A stretch of 32,000 nucleotides of DNA from NCBI GenBank assembly GCA_046497275.1, contig JAWOFX010000079.1:1-32000 (forward strand), in the 5' to 3' direction. Both the position numbers and the translations under genes were made by a program. Position 1 is the first letter of the stretch; each line of letters begins with the position of its first letter. A model generated the notes under the pieces. It was not told the DNA's origin. It worked only from the letters and a program-made list of their open reading frames with translations, and ran no database searches. Below are positions 26,478 to 32,000 of this stretch, in pieces. Source of the stretch: Promethearchaeia archaeon (lineage in GTDB: Archaea > Asgardarchaeota > Lokiarchaeia > Sigyniarchaeales > SOKP01).

Positions 26478-26501
26478 TTATGTTATATTTCATAAACATA
26501 A
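26478..26501. promoter_or_regulatory. Candidate PadR operator (inverted repeat)
   Basis: TTATGTT-N10-AACATAA (core ATGT-N12-ACAT) about 70 bp upstream of the PadR gene. Confidence 0.35.
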
Positions 26502-26573
26502 TATATCTATATTGGGAATATTTTAAATACTTAATAAAGAATTTTCATATCAATACGAGGAATAAAGCGTTTT

Positions 26574-27146
26574 ATGAAGGATGATGTAGAAAAGACGGCG
26601 CGGATTTTAGGGGAACAAATGAAAAATGGATATGTAAGTCACCTTATATTGTTAATTTTAAAGAAAAACCCCTCTCACGGGTATAAAATTGTCCAAGAAA
26701 TTGAAAAGAGATCATTTGGAATGTGGAACCCCTCCACTTCAACTATTTACCGTGTTCTGGAGTCCTTGGAAAAGAAAAACCTCATTGAAGTGTTAAAAGA
26801 AGAGGAAGAAGGAAGACAGAAAAGAATTTACGAGATAACTGCAGAAGGAGAAAAAACTCTTGAAATATTAATCGAAACTTATGAAAAAATGCAAGAAGCG
26901 ATGAAAAGAATGATTTTCTCAAGCGTGAAATTAACGGGGGACATGGATTTGAGTAAATTAAAAGATTTTCTTCCATATAAGAATCCAATTTTCGGTATTG
27001 AATCTCTTGAAAATGAGAATGATAAAATTAAAACACTTGAAATTAAAAAAAAAATGATGGAACTAAGGATAGAAGAAATAGAACGTGGAATGAAAAATAT
27101 TGATATTGAAATTGATAGATTAAAAAATAGAGCAAAAAATAAATAG
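26574..27146 (+). CDS. PadR-family transcriptional regulator with C-terminal coiled coil
   Basis: LIL-x-x-L-x-x-x-PSHGYKI...STIYRVL-x-x-LE-x-x-NLI...KRIYEIT-x-EG. Confidence 0.92.
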   Translation: MKDDVEKTARILGEQMKNGYVSHLILLILKKNPSHGYKIVQEIEKRSFGMWNPSTSTIYRVLESLEKKNLIEVLKEEEEGRQKRIYEITAEGEKTLEILIETYEKMQEAMKRMIFSSVKLTGDMDLSKLKDFLPYKNPIFGIESLENENDKIKTLEIKKKMMELRIEEIERGMKNIDIEIDRLKNRAKNK

Positions 27147-27161
27147 AAGGTCTAAAAAATT

Positions 27162-28499
27162 TTGACTGAAAATGTAATTGAAGTTCGGAATCTGACTAAA
27201 GTTTATGAAGAAGGAGATGTGTTAGCTGTTGATGATATCAGCTTTAACATTAAAAAAGGAGAGATTTTTGCGCTACTTGGACCGAACGGAGCGGGTAAAA
27301 CGACCACGATCTCAATGTTGGCTACATTATTGAGACCAACTGAGGGAGAAGCAATTGTCAACTCTCACAAGATCCAAGAGGAACCCGATATGATAAGAAA
27401 AAGTATTGGAGTTGTATTTCAAGAACCCTCTTTAGATGGAGATATGACTGGGTGGGAAAATCTCGAACTACATGCGGTATTATATGGTATGCCGAAAAAA
27501 GAGAGGAGAGAAAAAATACGAGAAGTTTTAGAGCTAGTTAGTTTAAATGATAAAGCAGATATGTATGTTAAGAATTATTCCGGAGGAATGAAACGAAGAT
27601 TAGAAATAGCTAGAGGATTAATACATACTCCCAGGGTTTTATTTTTGGATGAACCAACATTAGGGTTAGACCCTCAAACACGTAGAAAAATCTGGGAGAA
27701 AATTATAGAGCTAAATTCAGGAGAACTGAATATGACTATCTTGATCACAACTCATTATATGGAGGAAGCTGATGAGCTTGCGGATAGGATCTGTATAATG
27801 GATCATGGGAAAATCATCGCCTTGGACACTTCTGAAAATCTAAAAAGACAATTATCAGGAGATATTATCGAGATTGTTTTTGAAGAGGTTGAAAATTTTT
27901 CAAAAATTCCAAAGATTATATCTGAATTAAAAAATATTGAAGGGGTAAAGGATATTACGATGGGAACAAAACATGAAAATACTCAAGGTTCTGAAATTCC
28001 ATTGAAAATGCCACCGGGTATGAAAAATGTTAATCCAGAGATTATACGAAAAAGAATGAATGACATTCTTTCCGACCCAGAAAAATTCCTAAAAGCAACT
28101 CAAAAATTTCCAATGGCGGTCCAAATGTTTGAGAAAGCGCCATATGAAGCGAAAGAGAGAGTAGCAAATCAATTTAAAAATTCAGAGCTTATCGATGAAT
28201 TACCTCCAGCAATTAAAGATGTTGTAAAAAAGATACTTTCTGGAGAATACAAAAAAGAAGAACAGATGAAAGAACCTGGCTTAACAATTTCATGTGAGAA
28301 TGGAGGAAGATTAATTTCCGATATAGTTCAAAAGATAAACGAAATCAATTCTATTAAAATTAAAACAATCCATATGCATAATCCAACTTTAGAAGATGTA
28401 TTCTTATTTTACACTGGAAAACAAATTCGAAAAGAATCTTCAGACAGAATGGAAGGTATTAAGAATCATATTAAAATGAGGCAGTTGAGACAAAAATGA
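27162..28499 (+). CDS. DrrA-type ABC exporter ATP-binding subunit with ~105-aa insertion
   Basis: GPNGAGKTT, YSGGMKRR, FLDEPT, TTHYMEEA and C-terminal PTLEDVFL-x-x-TG. Confidence 0.93.
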   Translation: MTENVIEVRNLTKVYEEGDVLAVDDISFNIKKGEIFALLGPNGAGKTTTISMLATLLRPTEGEAIVNSHKIQEEPDMIRKSIGVVFQEPSLDGDMTGWENLELHAVLYGMPKKERREKIREVLELVSLNDKADMYVKNYSGGMKRRLEIARGLIHTPRVLFLDEPTLGLDPQTRRKIWEKIIELNSGELNMTILITTHYMEEADELADRICIMDHGKIIALDTSENLKRQLSGDIIEIVFEEVENFSKIPKIISELKNIEGVKDITMGTKHENTQGSEIPLKMPPGMKNVNPEIIRKRMNDILSDPEKFLKATQKFPMAVQMFEKAPYEAKERVANQFKNSELIDELPPAIKDVVKKILSGEYKKEEQMKEPGLTISCENGGRLISDIVQKINEINSIKIKTIHMHNPTLEDVFLFYTGKQIRKESSDRMEGIKNHIKMRQLRQK

Positions 28500-29302
28500 G
28501 TCGAAAAGTTTCAAATTATGTAAAAATTGAAGGAAGCTTAAGATGGGAGTCTATTTGGTATTTAGCAAAAAGAGAACTATTAGCGTATGTAAGAAATAAA
28601 ACAAGAATAATTACATCTATAGCCCAGTCTGTATTATTTCTTTTTGTTTTTGGTTTAGGGGGTTTTAATACTCAAACCCCTATTATTAATGGTGTGGAAG
28701 TTAGCTCTTTAGCATTCACTGCTTCGGGTATTGCGGCAATGGCAGTATTATTTAGTGGAGTATTCGGCGGATTGGGAATAATTAGAGATAAGCTTTTTGG
28801 ATTTATGAATGAACTTCTTGTTGCACCCGTAAGCCGTCGAACTTTAATGATAGGAAAGACATTAGGAGTCGCATTGCAAACATTAGTTCAATTTATGTTA
28901 ATTACGATATTGAGTGCCTCTCTCGGATTCTATGGATATGATTTTAATGTAATATGGAGAGTTATAGCAACAATACCAGCAGGGCTTTTATTTTCATTAG
29001 GAGTGGTGGGGATTGGAATGACAGTTAGTACACGATTAACAGATTTTCAAGGTTTTGGTTTAATCCAAACCTTCTTGATCATGCCTATGTTTTGGTTGTC
29101 TGGTGCTTTAATTTTATTCCCCGAAGAATTTAGAATAATAATGATGTTGAATCCCATCTCTTATGGCGTTGATATCTTTCGATTTATATTATTAGGAGTT
29201 TCTGTTTTTCCATTCTGGCTTGATTTATTAGTTTTGACTGGATTTGGAGTGTTGTTAATTTCAATAGGAGCCTACTCTTTTTCAAGAATGGAAATAAATT
29301 AA
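28496..29302 (+). CDS. ABC-2 type exporter permease
   Basis: ~6 TM, REL-x-x-x-x-R, ELLVAPVSR, NPISYGVD motifs. ATGA overlap with the ATPase stop. Confidence 0.93.
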   Translation: MSRKVSNYVKIEGSLRWESIWYLAKRELLAYVRNKTRIITSIAQSVLFLFVFGLGGFNTQTPIINGVEVSSLAFTASGIAAMAVLFSGVFGGLGIIRDKLFGFMNELLVAPVSRRTLMIGKTLGVALQTLVQFMLITILSASLGFYGYDFNVIWRVIATIPAGLLFSLGVVGIGMTVSTRLTDFQGFGLIQTFLIMPMFWLSGALILFPEEFRIIMMLNPISYGVDIFRFILLGVSVFPFWLDLLVLTGFGVLLISIGAYSFSRMEIN

Positions 29303-29406
29303 TTTTATAGAAAAAAATTTATTTTTATCCTTATTTTGTTTTTGAATTTTATCAGTAAATCTAAATTTAGTACTATCTATAAATACTTAAGAAAATTTTT
29401 ATTTTT

Positions 29407-30192
29407 TTGGTGAGGACTTTTCCGTATTTTACATATTTAAAGAAAAAGATATATTATAAAATTAATAACTCGAAGAAAGATGGGGCAATTATTTTCATTC
29501 ATGGGTCTGGTGAGCATTCTTTTGTATGGGACTATCAAATCAAGGATTTAGATGTTGATTTAAATCTTATCGCCATAGATCTCCCTTCTCACGGGAAATC
29601 AGATGAATACGATGACTTAAATCTTAATACATATGTGGAAGTAGTAAGACAACTTATAGATGTACTGCAATTAAAGGGAATAACTTTATGCGGACACTCT
29701 TTAGGTGGAGCAATCGCACAACAATATTATTTAAAGTATCGAGATAATGTAAAGGGTTTAATATTATGCTCAACAGGAGCTAAACTTCGCGTACTTCCCG
29801 TAATTCTTGAGAATACACTACATAATTTTGACACATTCCTTAATAATATACCCATTGGAGCATTCTATAGAAAAACTAAAGAAAAAATAAAAAAATCATA
29901 TGTGGAAGAAGTTTCTAAAATTGAACCGAAAGTCGTTCACACCGATTTTAAAATATGTGATAATTTCGATGTAATAGATAAAGTAGGATCTATAGATGTT
30001 CCGTGTTTAATAGTAGTTGGAGATGCTGATAAATTAACTCCAGTTAAATATTCCGAATTTTTCAATAAAAACATAGAAGATTCCACTCTAAAGATTATAG
30101 AGAAAGCGGGACATTCAGTAATGATTGAGAAACCAGATAAAGTAAATAATGCTATTAAAACTTTTATTAAGAATAAAATTAGCGATAACTAA
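29407..30192 (+). CDS. Alpha/beta-fold hydrolase
   Basis: FIHGSG, DLPSHG, nucleophile elbow GHSLGG, GDADKLTP (Asp), AGH (His). Confidence 0.92.
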   Translation: MVRTFPYFTYLKKKIYYKINNSKKDGAIIFIHGSGEHSFVWDYQIKDLDVDLNLIAIDLPSHGKSDEYDDLNLNTYVEVVRQLIDVLQLKGITLCGHSLGGAIAQQYYLKYRDNVKGLILCSTGAKLRVLPVILENTLHNFDTFLNNIPIGAFYRKTKEKIKKSYVEEVSKIEPKVVHTDFKICDNFDVIDKVGSIDVPCLIVVGDADKLTPVKYSEFFNKNIEDSTLKIIEKAGHSVMIEKPDKVNNAIKTFIKNKISDN

Positions 30193-30195
30193 ATA

Positions 30196-30993
30196 ATGCC
30201 ACGAATCTACACATATGGTCCTTTTAAATCCAGAAGATTAGGTTTATCTTTAGGAGTTGATATTTTACCTAAGTGTAAAAAATGTAGCTACAATTGTGTA
30301 TATTGTGAACTTGGAATTACTAAACCTAATCAATTAGTATCTCCTGAATACAAGATGAATATAGAACCTAAGAATAGTTTCCAGAAAGAATTAAGCTCAA
30401 TTTTAAAATATATTAAAAATTTAGATTCAATAACTTTTGGATACACAGGAGAACCTACTCTAAATAAAAATTTAGATGAGTTTTTTAAAATCGCAAAAAT
30501 TGTTAGAAATAGGATCAATTGGAAAAAAAGGATACCAAAATTAACACTTTTCACAAATTCAAGTACTCTTTACCAAAAAGAAGTAAGAGATAAAGTGAAG
30601 GATTTCGATTTGATTTTAACCAAATTAGATGCGGCTAATCAAGAAGATTTTTTGAGTACTAACCGACCGCATAAAGAGGTCCCTTCAATAGATGAAATAA
30701 TAAACTCAATTGCGAAACTAAAATCGGAATTATCCCATCATCATAAACTCGCGATTCAATGTCTATTATACGAATCATATAACAAAGAATTTATATCAAA
30801 TAAAAACAAAAGAAATTTGGAGAATTTAGCTGAAGCAATTAACATAATAAATCCAGATATTGTCCAGTTATACTCTATTGCCCGAATACCAGCAGAATAT
30901 TATGTATATGCTCTTGGTGAGGAAAAGCTTAAAGAAATTTCAAATATGTTAAAAAGGAAAATACCTAGTTCAGTAAAAATTGATTATTATTAA
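30196..30993 (+). CDS. Radical SAM Fe-S oxidoreductase (COG0731-like)
   Basis: YGP-x-x-SRRLG-x-SLG-x-D, CSYNCVYC, TF-x-x-x-GEPTL, TNSS, KLDA motifs. Confidence 0.88.
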   Translation: MPRIYTYGPFKSRRLGLSLGVDILPKCKKCSYNCVYCELGITKPNQLVSPEYKMNIEPKNSFQKELSSILKYIKNLDSITFGYTGEPTLNKNLDEFFKIAKIVRNRINWKKRIPKLTLFTNSSTLYQKEVRDKVKDFDLILTKLDAANQEDFLSTNRPHKEVPSIDEIINSIAKLKSELSHHHKLAIQCLLYESYNKEFISNKNKRNLENLAEAINIINPDIVQLYSIARIPAEYYVYALGEEKLKEISNMLKRKIPSSVKIDYY

Positions 30994-31025
30994 ATAATTA
31001 AAAATTTTATTGATATACACAGAAA

Positions 31026-31031
31026 AGGTGA
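31026..31031 (+). promoter_or_regulatory. Shine-Dalgarno-like AGGTGA for the ROK kinase
   Basis: AGGTGA ends 4 nt before ATG 31036. Confidence 0.55.
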
Positions 31032-31035
31032 AAAA

Positions 31036-32000
31036 ATGGCTGAAAAATATATTGGGGGATGTGATATAGGAGGAACATGGGTTAGGGTGTCATTGACTAC
31101 CATTGATTTGGAGAAGGAAAATTTTTTTATTAAAAAAGAAAAAACGATTAAAAAGAACAAAAACTCTATAAGCACCCAAGTATGCAGACTCTTACAAGAT
31201 TTATTGAATAAAAAGGGTTTAGATAGAAGTGTGTTACTTGGAATTGGTTTAGCATCTGCGGGTCCGCTTGATATTAGAGAAGGAACGGTATTTAATAATG
31301 CTAATTTAGGATTTCGAGAAATTCCGTTAAAAAAACCAATAGAGAATAAATTTCCAGATATTCCCTTTTATTTAATCAATGATTGCAATGCTGCAGTCCT
31401 CGGAGTTCACTTTTTCGAAGCAAAAGAAATTGAAAAAGAGAATCTGGTCTATATCACGATGTCAACAGGTATAGGAGGAGGTGTCATTTGTAATGGTCTT
31501 CTTCTATTGGGAAAAGATGGAAATGCTGCAGAAATTGGGCATGCTAAAGTGGTACCAAATAGTAGATACCAATGTAATTGTGGAGCCTATGGCTGCTGGG
31601 AAGCATATAGTTCTGGAACAGCAGTAAAAAAGAGAGCTTTAGATTATCTAGAGCAAGAAAAATTAAACGGAGATGTGTTATTAAACCTTGTTAATGGAAA
31701 AAAATCTAAAATAACCGCTAAAGAAGTATTTGAAGCTGCAAGGAAAGGAGACGAATTGTCCATAAAGCTAGTAAATGATTGTGTCTTTTATTCCAAAATA
31801 GGAGTAGGCTTAATCAATAACTTTTATGACAGCCAGAGCATATATTTTGGTGGAGCAATGATGAATGACAAAGATCAAATAATCCCTCCTCTCAGAGAGG
31901 CATTTGAAAATGATGCTATAAAGTTTACAATAAATCATCCACCCAAAATTAAAATTAGTAAATATAGAGATCAAATTGGCATACGAGGGGCTTTAGCATT
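31036..32000 (+). CDS. ROK-family sugar kinase (glucokinase-like), 3'-truncated by the window end
   Basis: Not in the ORF track. Hand translation gives DIGGT, GLASAGPLD, NDCNAA, STGIGGG, GNAAEIGH and the zinc motif CNCGAYGCWE. Confidence 0.92.
   Translation, partial: MAEKYIGGCDIGGTWVRVSLTTIDLEKENFFIKKEKTIKKNKNSISTQVCRLLQDLLNKKGLDRSVLLGIGLASAGPLDIREGTVFNNANLGFREIPLKKPIENKFPDIPFYLINDCNAAVLGVHFFEAKEIEKENLVYITMSTGIGGGVICNGLLLLGKDGNAAEIGHAKVVPNSRYQCNCGAYGCWEAYSSGTAVKKRALDYLEQEKLNGDVLLNLVNGKKSKITAKEVFEAARKGDELSIKLVNDCVFYSKIGVGLINNFYDSQSIYFGGAMMNDKDQIIPPLREAFENDAIKFTINHPPKIKISKYRDQIGIRGALA

Noticed and set aside
1179-30554. Remaining short (60-100 aa) ORF-track entries overlapping larger genes, e.g. 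1778-2002, 3056-3322, 6578-6838, 11600-11851, 19581-19883, 25687-25947
   Set aside because: They overlap confidently assigned CDSs, mostly antisense, and show no recognisable family features.
1-32000. CRISPR arrays, rRNA/tRNA genes, transposases, integrases, inteins
   Set aside because: I saw no regularly spaced repeats, long GC-rich structural RNA, DDE/Y1/tyrosine-recombinase motifs or intein splice motifs on manual reading.

Overview
AT-rich (roughly 30% GC) chromosomal segment, most consistent with an Asgard archaeon (Lokiarchaeia/Promethearchaeota-like). This is inferred from a Rab-like GTPase without a prenylation motif, longin-like and uDENN-like proteins, a Loki-type LRR protein, archaeal Cdc48, PSTK and a tetraether lipid synthase. 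About 30 CDSs are present, including two partial ones at the window edges that the ORF track missed: a minus-strand ORF at 1-303 and a ROK kinase at 31036-32000. No rRNA, tRNA, CRISPR array or transposase was seen. The most interesting signals are: (i) a V4R/Bet3-fold gene directly upstream of a Rab-like GTPase, a possible proto-TRAPP/Rab module; (ii) a 142-bp, 44% GC non-coding island at 20985-21126 with terminal inverted repeats, three internal hairpins and a triple AAGACAA motif (candidate ncRNA or MITE); (iii) a free-standing nuclease with four zinc-ribbon repeats; (iv) a soluble SdhA/NadB-like flavoprotein operon with an altered active site, a minimal 2Fe-2S partner and a racemase; (v) a MoxR ATPase paired with a TraB/GumN-like protein and no adjacent vWA gene; (vi) a DrrA-type ABC ATPase with a ~105-aa helical insertion. 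All family calls come from motif recognition by eye; no database search was run.
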